64,000 nucleotides of DNA from Candidatus Sumerlaeaceae bacterium (GCA_051003195.1 JBPCLP010000030.1:1-64000); one strand, 5' to 3'; positions 39,775 through 49,641 are shown, counted from the stretch's first letter. The notes: generated by a model from the sequence alone, not told the origin. Program-made: numbers and translations.

Positions 39775-41000
39775 TGCCCGGCAATGTAGTGCTGATCGGC
39801 ATGATGGGCAGCGGCAAGACGACCGTCGGCAAGCTCGTGGCGGATCGCACTGGACGCGAGTTCATCGATCTCGACCAGATGATCGTCGACAAGGCCGGCC
39901 AGGAAATCTCCGAAGTCTTCGACGCGCTGGGCGAGGATGCCTTTCGCCAGATGGAAACCGAGTGCCTGCGCGAGGTGCGCGCTGCCACGCACGCCGTGAT
40001 TGCCACCGGCGGGGGAGTGGTGACCCGCGCGGAGAATCGCCGTATCCTGCGCGACCTTGGAACCGTGTTCTGGCTGGACGCTCCGGCGGACGCGCTGCTG
40101 GACCGCATTGGCGACGACGAGAGCCGGCCGATGCTGCGGGGCGGTGACCCGCTGAAGCGCCTCGAGGTACTGCAAGCCGAGCGGCGCGAGCACTACGCAG
40201 ACGCTTCCAACATCCACCTGGATACCACGGAATTTACGCCGCAGGAACTCGCGGACCGCATCACCCAGGAGCTGGAGACGCGCGGTGAAGATGACACCGA
40301 AGTCTTTAACACCATCGTCGCCATTGATGGCCCGGTGGCCTCTGGCAAAAGCGCTCTGGCAAAAGCCATCGCCGAGCGCTTGAGTTATGTCCATGTCGAT
40401 ACAGGCGCAATGTACCGCTGTGTGACCCTGGAGGCCATGCGACGCAAGGTCGATATGCGCGATCCGTTGGCGCTGACGAAAGTGGCGCACTCGGTCGATA
40501 TCCGCTTCCAGGAAGCCGGTGGCACCGCCCGCGTCACGGATGAGGCGTTTGGCACCCAGCGCGTCATGCTCAACGGCGAGGACGTGACCGATGCAATCCG
40601 CGACCCGGAGGTCAGCCGGAACACGAGCGCGATTGCCGACGTCCCGACCGTGCGGGCTGAGCTGGTACAACTGCAGCGCGAGATGGGCCTTCGCGGGCGG
40701 AGTGTGCTGGAAGGCCGCGACATCTCGACGGTGGTCGTGCCGGAGGCGCGCTGGAAGGTCTACCTCGTGGCGTCCCTTGAGGCACGCGTGCAGCGGCGGT
40801 ACCACCAGTACGAACTGCAGGGCCGCGAAGTCGACCGGGATGAGTTGCGCCGCGATGTGGTCGAGCGCGACGAGCGAGATCGGAACCGCCCGCAGGGAGC
40901 GCTGAAGCTCGCATCCGACGCGATGATTTTCGATACGACCGACATCCCGCTGGATGAAGTGGTGGATACCCTTGCCGGGATGATTGCCTGTTGCCCGTAA
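39774..41000 (+). CDS. Shikimate kinase - cytidylate kinase fusion (AroK-Cmk)
   Basis: N-half LIGMMGSGKT, FRQME, ATGGG, RPML; C-half IDGPVASGKS, DTGAMYR, EGRDI, RDERD; one uninterrupted ORF. Confidence 0.92.
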   Translation: MPGNVVLIGMMGSGKTTVGKLVADRTGREFIDLDQMIVDKAGQEISEVFDALGEDAFRQMETECLREVRAATHAVIATGGGVVTRAENRRILRDLGTVFWLDAPADALLDRIGDDESRPMLRGGDPLKRLEVLQAERREHYADASNIHLDTTEFTPQELADRITQELETRGEDDTEVFNTIVAIDGPVASGKSALAKAIAERLSYVHVDTGAMYRCVTLEAMRRKVDMRDPLALTKVAHSVDIRFQEAGGTARVTDEAFGTQRVMLNGEDVTDAIRDPEVSRNTSAIADVPTVRAELVQLQREMGLRGRSVLEGRDISTVVVPEARWKVYLVASLEARVQRRYHQYELQGREVDRDELRRDVVERDERDRNRPQGALKLASDAMIFDTTDIPLDEVVDTLAGMIACCP

Positions 41001-41013
41001 CCTCGCCTTCTAA

Positions 41014-41676
41014 ATGATGGCTTCTGAATTGCCGGTGCCCGAGTCGAACTGGTTTTACAGCTTCATGCGGGCGCTGATCGTCGCCTTCAACAAACTGTAC
41101 TTCCGGCTGGAGCACCATGGCGCCGACCACACGCCGGTCACGGGGCCCGTGCTGCTGGTGGCTAACCACGCGAGCAACCTCGACCCGACGACGATCGCCT
41201 GCGGGCTGCCCCGGCAGGTGCACTTCCTTGCGAAGGATGAGCTGTTCAAGGGCCTGCCCGGCCGATTCCTTCGCCGGGTGAACGCCCATCCAATTAACCG
41301 CAGCGGTGTGGACCGCGCGGCGCTGCAGCTATGCGTCGACCTTGTTCGGCAGGGGCACATGCTCCTGATGTTTCCTGAGGGCACCCGTACTAAAAACGGG
41401 CGGCTGCAGGAAGCGAAGGCCGGCGCGGCGATGATCGCCAGCCAGGCGCAGGCGTGGATCCTGCCGGTGTACATCGACGGCACCTGGAAAGCGATGTCGA
41501 AGGAAGCCGTTTTTCCACGCCCGGTGAAGGTCCGGGTGATTGTCGGGAAGCCGTTTCTCTACGACGATGGTATCGACCAAAAGCTGCCGAACCGTGAGCG
41601 CTATGATGTGCTGGGCAAGAAGATGATGTCGCGGATCGCGGAGCTGGAGCAGCAGGCTATTGTTAAAAAACCATAA
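41014..41676 (+). CDS. plsC: 1-acyl-sn-glycerol-3-phosphate acyltransferase
   Basis: NHASNLD, FLAKDELF, FPEGTR. Confidence 0.92.
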   Translation: MMASELPVPESNWFYSFMRALIVAFNKLYFRLEHHGADHTPVTGPVLLVANHASNLDPTTIACGLPRQVHFLAKDELFKGLPGRFLRRVNAHPINRSGVDRAALQLCVDLVRQGHMLLMFPEGTRTKNGRLQEAKAGAAMIASQAQAWILPVYIDGTWKAMSKEAVFPRPVKVRVIVGKPFLYDDGIDQKLPNRERYDVLGKKMMSRIAELEQQAIVKKP

Positions 41677-41831
41677 CCACAGAGACACAGAGGCACAGAG
41701 AACAGCGCACAGAGAATGCCGCCGCAGATATGCGGCTGCGGCGGCTGAGCTCTGCATTCACTGCTAAATTCGATTACTGCTATTTCCGCTCTGTGTTCCT
41801 GTGTTCCTGTGTGCCTCTGTGTCTCTGTGGT
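41676..41831. repeat. Inverted CACAGAG-type repeat element between convergent plsC and leuA
   Basis: 22-bp perfect inverted repeat ACCACAGAGACACAGAGGCACA / TGTGCCTCTGTGTCTCTGTGGT with an internal GC hairpin. Confidence 0.75.
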
Positions 41832-41839
41832 GAAACTTA

Positions 41840-43480
41840 TCACATTCCGGTTTTGGGCACGGCTAGTTCGGCTTCGATGTTTTCGCGCATGGCGATTACT
41901 TTGTTGATGGCCTTGAGGTAGGCCTTTGCGCTCGCGACAACCACATCGGTGCTGGCGCCGCGGGCCTTGATGGTGCGGCCGTTGTGCTCGATGACGACGG
42001 TGACCTGGCCGAGCGCATCGCGCCCGCCCGTCACCGCTTCCAGTGAGTATTCATGCAGCGGCGCGTCGATGCCCGTGATGCGCTGGATGGCTTTCATGGC
42101 CGCGTCCACCGGCCCGTCGCCGACGCTGGCATCCATCGTCACTTCGTCGCCGCGGCGCAGCTTCACCGTCGCCGTCGGCACCGCATCGGTCCCGCTGGTG
42201 AAGCCGAGGTAATCGAGATGATAGACCTCGTCCTGCTCCGTCACCTCGTCCTCTACAATTGCGTAAAGGTCCTCGTCGAAAATATCCTTCTTCTTGTCGC
42301 AGAGGTCCTTAAAGCGAACGAACGCGCGGTTGATGTCGTCGTCTGAGAGATGGTCGTAGCCCAACTGGTACAGGCGCGTTTTGAAAGCGTGCCGCCCGGA
42401 ATGCTTGCCCATGACCATGCTTTCGCCCGTCCATCCGACGTCTTCCGGGCGCATGATCTCGTAGGTGGTCTTGTCCTTGAGCATGCCGTCCTGGTGAATG
42501 CCCGCCTCGTGGGCGAACGCGTTCGCGCCGACAATTGCCTTGTTGCGCTGCACCTTCATCCCCGTGATCTTACTGACGAGCCGTGACGTGCGGTAGATTT
42601 CCTCGGTCTTGATGTTCGTCGTCACACCGTAGAAGTCGCGGCGGATTTTGAGGTTCATCACAACCTCCTCGAGCGATGCATTGCCTGCACGCTCGCCAAT
42701 GCCGTTAATAGTGCACTCCACCTGTCGCGCACCACCACGAACCCCCGCGAGGCTGTTGGCCACCGCCATGCCAAGGTCGTTGTGGCAATGAACGCTGAAG
42801 ATCGCCAGGTGCGAATTGGGCACCTTGCTGCGGACGTACTCAAAGCACTGGCCGTACTGCCACGGCGCCGTGTATCCCACCGTGTCTGGGATGTTGATCG
42901 TGGTGGCACCGGCCTCGATGGTGGCGTTGACGATATCGACAATGTAATCCCAATCGGTGCGGCCGGCATCCTCGCATGAGAACTCCACGTTATCGGTGTA
43001 TGTGCGCGCGAGTTTCACCGCGTTGACGGCGTTCTCGATTACCTGCTCCTTCGTCATGCGCAGCTTTTTATCGAGGTGAATCTGGCTGGTCGCGATGAAC
43101 GTGTGAATGCGCCGCTTCGGTGCCTTTGCGATGGCTTCGCCGCAGCGGATCACGTCCTTTTCGATGGCGCGGGCAAGACCGCAGATGACAGGTCCGCGCA
43201 CTTCCTCGGCGATGGCGGAAACGGATTCGAAGTCCCCCTGCGAGGAAATGGGAAAACCGGCTTCAATGATGTCGACGCCAAGGCGTGCGAGCTGGTGGGC
43301 TATCTCCAGCTTTTCCTTCAGGTTCATCGTCGCGCCGGGCGATTGCTCACCATCGCGAAGCGTCGTGTCGAAAATCACCACGTGATCTGATTGCGGATTG
43401 CGGATTGCGGATTGCGGAGTACTTTCTGAATGCGGATTGTGGATTGCGGATTCCGGAATTCGTTTGGTTTTGTCGCTCAT
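41840..43480 (-). CDS. leuA: 2-isopropylmalate synthase
   Basis: [50 protein letters not shown]-terminal regulatory domain GPVDA. Confidence 0.97.
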   Translation of the reverse strand: MSDKTKRIPESAIHNPHSESTPQSAIRNPQSDHVVIFDTTLRDGEQSPGATMNLKEKLEIAHQLARLGVDIIEAGFPISSQGDFESVSAIAEEVRGPVICGLARAIEKDVIRCGEAIAKAPKRRIHTFIATSQIHLDKKLRMTKEQVIENAVNAVKLARTYTDNVEFSCEDAGRTDWDYIVDIVNATIEAGATTINIPDTVGYTAPWQYGQCFEYVRSKVPNSHLAIFSVHCHNDLGMAVANSLAGVRGGARQVECTINGIGERAGNASLEEVVMNLKIRRDFYGVTTNIKTEEIYRTSRLVSKITGMKVQRNKAIVGANAFAHEAGIHQDGMLKDKTTYEIMRPEDVGWTGESMVMGKHSGRHAFKTRLYQLGYDHLSDDDINRAFVRFKDLCDKKKDIFDEDLYAIVEDEVTEQDEVYHLDYLGFTSGTDAVPTATVKLRRGDEVTMDASVGDGPVDAAMKAIQRITGIDAPLHEYSLEAVTGGRDALGQVTVVIEHNGRTIKARGASTDVVVASAKAYLKAINKVIAMRENIEAELAVPKTGM

Positions 43481-43696
43481 ATTGTCTCCAGTGTGGCGTA
43501 GGACGGGTTCTTACGATGATGGACTACGGTTGGCGTTAGATGCTGGACACTGTCCAGCCACACAGCGACAATCGTGGCTTTTCCGACGCACTGGGGATGC
43601 GTTGATCCGGGGTATTGTCTGATATGGTCGACATTGGGCTCATCAGGCTTAAGTATCAAAAATCCGTTAAACATAACTTCTTTTGCAGCAACCCTT

Positions 43697-44029
43697 AAAA
43701 CAAAATCCCCGCGGTCCCGTGTTACCGGGATCGCGGGGACGAAAGTTTGATTTCGTGGTACCACCCTGCTTTGCATGGAGTTCATTCAAGTTCAAGTGGT
43801 AATTTCGCCACTTGAATACCGGGAGCGAAGTCGCAGCTTAACTGCGAGCCGCGCGCTCCATGCCTTGATTCGCCGCTAACGCGGGCGGTTGCGTCCGGGG
43901 CTGGCGCCTAAGGCGGTTCACTCCGGCGGCTCAGAGGCGAGTTCGGGAAGGTCGTCCACCGCTTTGCACCACTTCAGCGGCTCTCTCCAGGTACGCACCT
44001 GCTCCCTACTACTCCTCGTCGTTGCCTTT
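43697..44029 (-). promoter_or_regulatory. T-box riboswitch (Leu specifier CUC) with terminator upstream of leuA
   Basis: Minus strand: AGUA/AG box GAGAGAGCC, GGUGCAA, specifier GAA-CUC (43944-43939), T-box AAGCAGGGUGGUACCACG (43771-43754), terminator CCCCGCG..CGCGGGG plus U tract. Confidence 0.92.
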
Positions 44030-44229
44030 AAAAGTTGGAAAAGAACGTTGGCGGCACATACCAGAAATGCTGTATGCTATTCTAAACCTCCCCGGAAGCG
44101 AAATCTTGTCATGCAATTAGAGCCTGAACCGGGTTAAAAACTTAGTAAGAAGCTGCAATTTTTGTTGAACAATGTCCACGGCGCCATATACAACTTCATA
44201 CTTAACCTACTCTCGTACGGAGGACAGTC

Positions 44230-45177
44230 TTGAAAACTGGAATTTGCGTTTTAGCAACCGCGGCCCTGGCAGGCGTTACTGGCCTGGCTCCCGCCGCAGT
44301 ACTGTATCAGACTAACTTTGAAGTCAGCCCGGCAGCCAACTTCACGACTGCCATCAGCAACGCTCCTGATACCGAAGCCGACTACAACTACAACTATGCA
44401 ACGTGGGTACCTACCGCCCCGACGGCTGGTATTACTTCAATTACGCTGGCCCCGAATTCGACGGCAGGCGGTACCCGCGCCCTGAAGATGCGCGCCAACT
44501 TTGACGCGACGGGCACCAACGAAGGCGTAACCGCTTACCTGACGCCCTCCGCGGGCCTGACCAGCTGGAGCCTGACATTCGACGCGTTCCAGTTGTGGAA
44601 TGGGCCGGACGCCGGATCAGCAACTGGATCGACCACAGGCTTTACCATGGGCAATGCCAACCCTGCCACCCCCATGTACAGCGGCGCGACAACCTTCAAC
44701 GGCTGGTTCCTGCTCTTCACGGGCGAGGGTGGCCAGGGCACAAGCGGTGACGCTCGCTATTACTCCGGCACCAACGCTGCCCCGATAAGCGCGAACACCA
44801 CACCGAACTGGGCCATCAATGGCGGCACAACCCTGGACCCGAACTACCCCGGTGCAGTTGGTACGTGGGACTCCATCTTTACGGCGGGCGGCGGCTACAA
44901 TCCGGCCGGCACCCCCGGCCGCCAGTGGGTCACATGGGAACTGATCGCGAAGGACGGTTCGGTAAAGGTCAGCGTTACGCCTGTAGGTGGCGTGAAGACG
45001 CAGATTGCCAACTGGATCCAGGCTGCAAACCAGACCATCGGTCTCGGTTTCTGGGACTTCAATACTGGTTCGGTTGCCAATCCGCCAGTCGACAACTTTG
45101 TGCTGGTCGATAACCTTAAGCTGGAGACAGCACCGGTTACTCCGGCCGCAGTGAGCGAGTGGAGCTTGTTCCAGTAA
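44230..45177 (+). CDS. Secreted protein with conserved C-terminal tail (..AAVSEWSLFQ)
   Basis: GGAGG upstream of TTG; signal peptide ending APA-A; Thr/Gly/Asn-rich, beta-rich body. Confidence 0.88.
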   Translation: MKTGICVLATAALAGVTGLAPAAVLYQTNFEVSPAANFTTAISNAPDTEADYNYNYATWVPTAPTAGITSITLAPNSTAGGTRALKMRANFDATGTNEGVTAYLTPSAGLTSWSLTFDAFQLWNGPDAGSATGSTTGFTMGNANPATPMYSGATTFNGWFLLFTGEGGQGTSGDARYYSGTNAAPISANTTPNWAINGGTTLDPNYPGAVGTWDSIFTAGGGYNPAGTPGRQWVTWELIAKDGSVKVSVTPVGGVKTQIANWIQAANQTIGLGFWDFNTGSVANPPVDNFVLVDNLKLETAPVTPAAVSEWSLFQ

Positions 45178-45209
45178 GATTCGAATCACAAACTTTGTGT
45201 TGTTTCATC

Positions 45210-45240
45210 CCCCCGCCCTTTTGGGCGGGGGTTTTGTTTT
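45210..45240 (+). terminator. Rho-independent terminator
   Basis: CCCCCGCCC-TTTT-GGGCGGGGG followed by TTTTGTTTT. Confidence 0.85.
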
Positions 45241-45345
45241 GCGCGTGCTTTGCGGACAGCTTAAGGATCTTCGGCACTGTTTATGCTCGTGAACGTTGCG
45301 GCTTCATCAGGTAGACCAGAACAACAGGTGAGGAGCTCGTGCCCG

Positions 45346-46023
45346 ATGAGAATCTTATTGTGCCTTGTTACAGCCTGTCTGGTCGGCGGGTGCACCAGTA
45401 ATGAGAACAACACAAATGCTCAAGCAGACCCGGAAGAAAAAGACAAGGCGCCAAGGGTGGTGGCCAGGGCACGTGAGACGCGCAGGGCCCCCACGCAAAT
45501 AACAAAGCCGGTCGGGCAACCGCCCGTATCGGTAACCGAAGGCGTGACTTCCGCTTTGGCCGCGCAGGTCGGTCCATCAAGTACACCAGGCACACCGGAA
45601 ACTGCGCCGGCAGCCTCGCCCACGAGGCCTGCGCAGACTGGCACGCCTGTGTCGACGCCAACCTTGTACGCCCTGACCCCGACACCGGTAAGCAGTTCGC
45701 ACGGCGCCAACATCCTCGCGGGACGCCGCATGACCCCCGCCGGCGGCGCTGGTCCGCAGCTTGGCGGATCGGAGCCAAAAGAATTGCAGATTTCGGAAAA
45801 GGAGCCCCTGCAGTTGTATGGCTATAATCTGCGCGGGTGCACCGTAAAAGCGCAAGCTGCCGACGCAGAACCGATCCAGTTGAGGGCCGAAGCGACTTCG
45901 AACGAGGAACTGACCATCGCTCCACAAGAATGGGAGAAACTAAAGGTGGGCAGCTATACCATTACCGTGACGAACAACCGAGGCGAGGCCGCGCAACTTG
46001 GATACACGCTGTACGTGCAGTAG
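45346..46023 (+). CDS. Lipoprotein with Pro/Thr linker and C-terminal Ig/IPT-like domain
   Basis: AGGAG upstream; MRILLCLVTACLVGG-C lipobox-like; PT-rich linker; LYGYNL...GSYTITVTN. Confidence 0.78.
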   Translation: MRILLCLVTACLVGGCTSNENNTNAQADPEEKDKAPRVVARARETRRAPTQITKPVGQPPVSVTEGVTSALAAQVGPSSTPGTPETAPAASPTRPAQTGTPVSTPTLYALTPTPVSSSHGANILAGRRMTPAGGAGPQLGGSEPKELQISEKEPLQLYGYNLRGCTVKAQAADAEPIQLRAEATSNEELTIAPQEWEKLKVGSYTITVTNNRGEAAQLGYTLYVQ

Positions 46024-46259
46024 GCGCAGAATCACAGCGATACGGGGATATTATCCTTCGGTTCGGCACAGTAGTGTGGGTGTACGTGTCGTGGAATTCA
46101 TTGGCAGCTTCTGTGAGCGCGGGTCATTAAATTCCGCATCGAGCTGCGGTTCGCAATCGATGTGTGTGCCTTTTCGTTCACTAAAACAGAAGCCCCCGGT
46201 CCTACGCCGACCGGCAGCTTTGAGACTGAGCATGCGCTCAGTAGCCATTAAGCTCGATG

Positions 46260-46730
46260 CTATTGCAGCAGCGACCATTCGGCGATGCCCGCGGTAACGG
46301 GAGGCTCATCAGCGCCAGGCAGCGCACCTGTGGCTGGGCGTGCATTGTCGTGCACGTCGAACAGCGGGGCTGATGCGGCGACCGTAGTCAGGCCACCGAC
46401 CGGCTTGCTGGCGAAGTGGAGTGTAGCATCCCACGCAGGGGTGCTTGCCGGGTCAACGCTCTGGCCGCCGACGTTATACCCAGCACCAGACAGTGCCGCC
46501 TGATCTGCGTAGGGTGCGGTGCCTGCCTGGGCGAACACCGCAGTGCTGCCGGCCTTCACCAGGTCGTTGCCGACAATATTGCCAGCAGGTATTGTGGCGG
46601 AGCTGGCATACAGTACGATGCCAGGAAGGTAACTCTCGGCGGCGGTCAGTGTGCCATTTGACAACAAACCAGTTAACCGTATTGTTGGTCATCACGTACG
46701 TACCGGGCGCGCCGGCCAGAGATTGGTAAC
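46260..46730 (-). pseudogene. 5'-truncated, frameshifted remnant of a paralog of 46796-48439 (tail ..AGIAEWSLLQ)
   Basis: Shares LVKAG, GGQSVDP, FAxKP, ARPAT and PGADEPP with the upstream gene; no signal peptide; begins right after the upstream terminator. Confidence 0.75.
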
Positions 46731-46769
46731 AAAAAAAAATCGGGGAGCCGGTTGGCCGGCCCCCCGATT
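46731..46769 (-). terminator. Rho-independent terminator of 46796-48439
   Basis: Minus-strand hairpin ATCGGGGGGCCGG..CCGGCTCCCCGAT followed by a T run. Confidence 0.8.
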
Positions 46770-46795
46770 GGGGTTCATGCATTTGTAAAGAGCTG

Positions 46796-48439
46796 TTACA
46801 TCAGGCTCCACTCGAATACGTTGGCCAAGGATGGCGGTTCGTCTGCACCCGGTGTTGCATTGGTTGCAGGCCGTGCGTCGCCATCGATGTCGGTCAGCAC
46901 AGTCGAGCTCGCTACTGGCTGCATACCGAACGGCTTGTTCGCAAAGCGCAGTTCGCTGTTCCAGGGTGGCACGGTCGTGGTAGGATCGACGCTCTGTCCA
47001 CCGGTAGCCGTGAGATCGAATCCCGCAGCCTGCCAGGAAGCGAGGTCAGGATACCCAGTGCCGCCGACGATGCCTACGTGGCTTGTCGGGCCGGCCTTGA
47101 CGAGGTTGTTGCCAGACGAGGTCAATGGGCCGCTTGCAAGGGAGATGACCGCAGCGGTGGTACCCGTAGCGTCCGTGCGCAGGATGTTGTTTCGGATGTT
47201 GAAGCTGCCACCCGGGTTGGTTGCTACGCGTCCGACAATGGCGCCGACCTGCTGGCTGGCAAGCCCGAGCGAGTTGGTCGATTTAACATCAATCGAGTTG
47301 TGCTCGATATTATATACCGAGCCCGGGGAGGCCATTGAAATGCCCATCAGGGTTCCAGACTGCGTTGTTGCCTGAGTAATGGACGACTTGATCGCGTTGT
47401 TGCGGATGTTGAACGTTCCGGTGGTGAGCGCATCGATAAAGATGGAGTTCAAGCCCTGCCCGGCGATTGACGGGAGGTTTTCAACCCGAATGTCGTTATC
47501 AGCATAGGTATGCGTCCAGCCGGTCGTGGTGTTGTTGTTTAACGGGAAAATTGCCGTATACACAAAGCCGGCGGTGGAAAGGGACGAGCCGATTGTGAAA
47601 TTGTTGCGCGCCACGGTGGTGGAACCAATTCCATTCAGGAACACGCCACGCTGACGGACAAAAAAGTCATTGTCGGTAATGGTAAGGTTATTCACCGCGC
47701 CTGCGCCTGCGGGAACCGTGCCGTTGCCGCCCAGACCGGTTTGAATACCGAAGCCATTATTGCTGCTGGGTGAGTTAAAGAGGTTATTCGTGACAACGCC
47801 GTTATCCGGAATCACAGGGATGCCGCCGGGATTGTTGGCAAGGCCACCCACAAAACGGACGCCAGCCACGCTGCCGGTGTTGTCGTTCATTTGCCAGATG
47901 GCGTTCTTTATGACCACTCCCTCGTTATCTCCGAAAACGCTCACCATGTTGTTCTGGTTTCCGTTGCCGGTAACAAGGAACGTGAGGTCACGCGTTGTGC
48001 CACCAACGGTATTGGAGCCGTCGATGACGTAGTTATTATTTGAAGCGACCACGGTAGCGCTGGTTGGTGCCGCAGCGCTCGAGGTGCCGATAACCATATG
48101 GCCGAAAACACCCGCACCCGCAACCAGGTTGGTGAAATGGATGATCGGAGTTGTGCCGACCGCAGGCTTGATCGTGAGCTTGCCACTGGCGCCAAAGGTG
48201 TTCCCGAAGAACGAGTTGGCCGTTTCCGATGTGCTGTTATTGATTTGCAGGGTCCAGTCACGGTTGATCCCGCCCGCAACCGCGCTGAAAGACGACGCGG
48301 CGTCGGCCAGCGAGATGTAATCCGCGGCCGTGCCTACCGTGGCGACAGCGGGGCCACCGGCCGAGTTATCGAATAGAGCTGCACATGCCGAACTTGCCAA
48401 ACCCAAGCCCGCCAGCATTAAAATCACTCTTTTTTTCAT
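46796..48439 (-). CDS. Secreted beta-helix-like protein with conserved C-terminal tail (..ANVFEWSLM)
   Basis: AAGGAG RBS; signal MKKRVILMLAGLGLASSACA; repeated I.NN.F/I Asn-ladder strands; DIDGDARP..PGADE. Confidence 0.88.
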   Translation of the reverse strand: MKKRVILMLAGLGLASSACAALFDNSAGGPAVATVGTAADYISLADAASSFSAVAGGINRDWTLQINNSTSETANSFFGNTFGASGKLTIKPAVGTTPIIHFTNLVAGAGVFGHMVIGTSSAAAPTSATVVASNNNYVIDGSNTVGGTTRDLTFLVTGNGNQNNMVSVFGDNEGVVIKNAIWQMNDNTGSVAGVRFVGGLANNPGGIPVIPDNGVVTNNLFNSPSSNNGFGIQTGLGGNGTVPAGAGAVNNLTITDNDFFVRQRGVFLNGIGSTTVARNNFTIGSSLSTAGFVYTAIFPLNNNTTTGWTHTYADNDIRVENLPSIAGQGLNSIFIDALTTGTFNIRNNAIKSSITQATTQSGTLMGISMASPGSVYNIEHNSIDVKSTNSLGLASQQVGAIVGRVATNPGGSFNIRNNILRTDATGTTAAVISLASGPLTSSGNNLVKAGPTSHVGIVGGTGYPDLASWQAAGFDLTATGGQSVDPTTTVPPWNSELRFANKPFGMQPVASSTVLTDIDGDARPATNATPGADEPPSLANVFEWSLM

Positions 48440-48698
48440 GTTCTGCTCCTTAAAAGTTTTTCCTGCCTGGGTGGCAGGGTTAAATCTATTTATATGATAA
48501 TTCCGGGCTGATAGTTACTTCACCCAATTTTTAATTAAAATTGGACCTCCTTGGAGAGGGCTGGACCACCATGTGGGAAGTTGTTTTAATGAAGTGTTGG
48601 GGGAAATCAAGAGAAAAAGAAGGCAAGTGCTGCATTTTTGGTCGGTGCGGAGCGCATGGGGGGCGGGCGCGAGGTGCCGTGGTACGGGGCTTGGGTTG

Positions 48699-48918
48699 AA
48701 AGCCCTTCGGGGTTGGGCTTTTTGATGGCGTACCGTGGGTTAAACCAACGGTACCAATCATCCCGCCACAAACGTATTGGGTTCTGGACCGCAAAGAATA
48801 TTTGGGCCCAAAAGGAAATGTCTTGGCATCCATATCCCCGAAGGGGATGAACATGAATAGCCGTGGGTGAAACCCACGGTAGCAATCACCCTTCGCCGAA
48901 CCCCGAATGGGGTTCAAC
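48699..48918. repeat. REP-like hairpin cluster, left flank of transposase (family A)
   Basis: ATCCCCGAAGGGGAT, CCGTGGGTGAAACCCACGG and GAACCCCGAATGGGGTTC hairpins, plus a degenerate copy at ~48699-48754. Confidence 0.8.
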
Positions 48919-48933
48919 CCAGGGAGCGCCGCA

Positions 48934-49383
48934 ATGTCCACATATACCCAGATCTATTACCATATCGTCTTCAGCACCAAATTGCGCGCGCCGGTTTTGA
49001 ACAGGCTCGACGACCGCGAAAAAATGCTGCGCTATATGTGGGGGGTCGCCACCGGTCAAAATTGCCACCTGTACCGAATTAACGCGGTTGAGGATCACGT
49101 GCACCTTCTTACCAGCCTGCATCCGACGGTGTGCCTTTCCGATTTCGTGAAAAATCTTAAAGTGGCGACGACGGTCTGGATCAAGGAGAACGGTTTGTTT
49201 CGAAATTTTTCAGGGTGGCAGGACGGATATGGTGCGTTTACGTGCGGCCATTCCGATAAGGACGATGTAATAGAATACATTAAAACCCAGGTTGAGCACC
49301 ACAAGCGGGTTAGTTTTGTGGACGAATATCGGGCGATGTTAAAAGCGGCGGGGATTGCGTTTGATGAGAAGTATCTGAACTGA
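48934..49383 (+). CDS. tnpA: IS200/IS605-family Y1 transposase (RAYT/TnpA-REP-like)
   Basis: YYHIVFSTK, HUH motif DHVHLL, WQDGYGAF, catalytic YIKTQVEHH; no tnpB adjacent. Confidence 0.93.
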   Translation: MSTYTQIYYHIVFSTKLRAPVLNRLDDREKMLRYMWGVATGQNCHLYRINAVEDHVHLLTSLHPTVCLSDFVKNLKVATTVWIKENGLFRNFSGWQDGYGAFTCGHSDKDDVIEYIKTQVEHHKRVSFVDEYRAMLKAAGIAFDEKYLN

Positions 49384-49396
49384 AGCGGGGGAGTGT

Positions 49397-49486
49397 TGTT
49401 GAACCCCGTTAGGGGTTCGGGCTTTTTGGTTGGGTACCGTGGGTTTCACCCACGGCTATTCATGTTCATCCCCTTCGGGGATGTTT
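49397..49486. repeat. REP-like hairpin cluster, right flank (family A)
   Basis: 49435-49482 is the exact reverse complement of 48834-48881 (48 bp). Confidence 0.85.
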
Positions 49487-49641
49487 CAGGCGACGTCGCG
49501 GGTGCTCTTGCGTCCATTAAACGCGTCGGTGTGGGGGAGCGCACCGGCCAGGATGGGGGCGGGCGATTAAGAATTGGGTTGCCGTGGCGGGTGATGGGCT
49601 TACCTCTTCTTCAAGCTGAGGTGCTGAAGGGATACATAAGA

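Noticed and set aside
43477..43785. 102-aa ORF or leader peptide upstream of leuA
   Set aside because: It overlaps the T-box and terminator and is not Leu-rich; a shorter ORF from ATG 43674 cannot be excluded but has no support
49393..49641. N-terminal 83 aa of the 303-aa ORF
   Set aside because: Translated REP and intergenic sequence; the lipoprotein signal begins at ATG 49642
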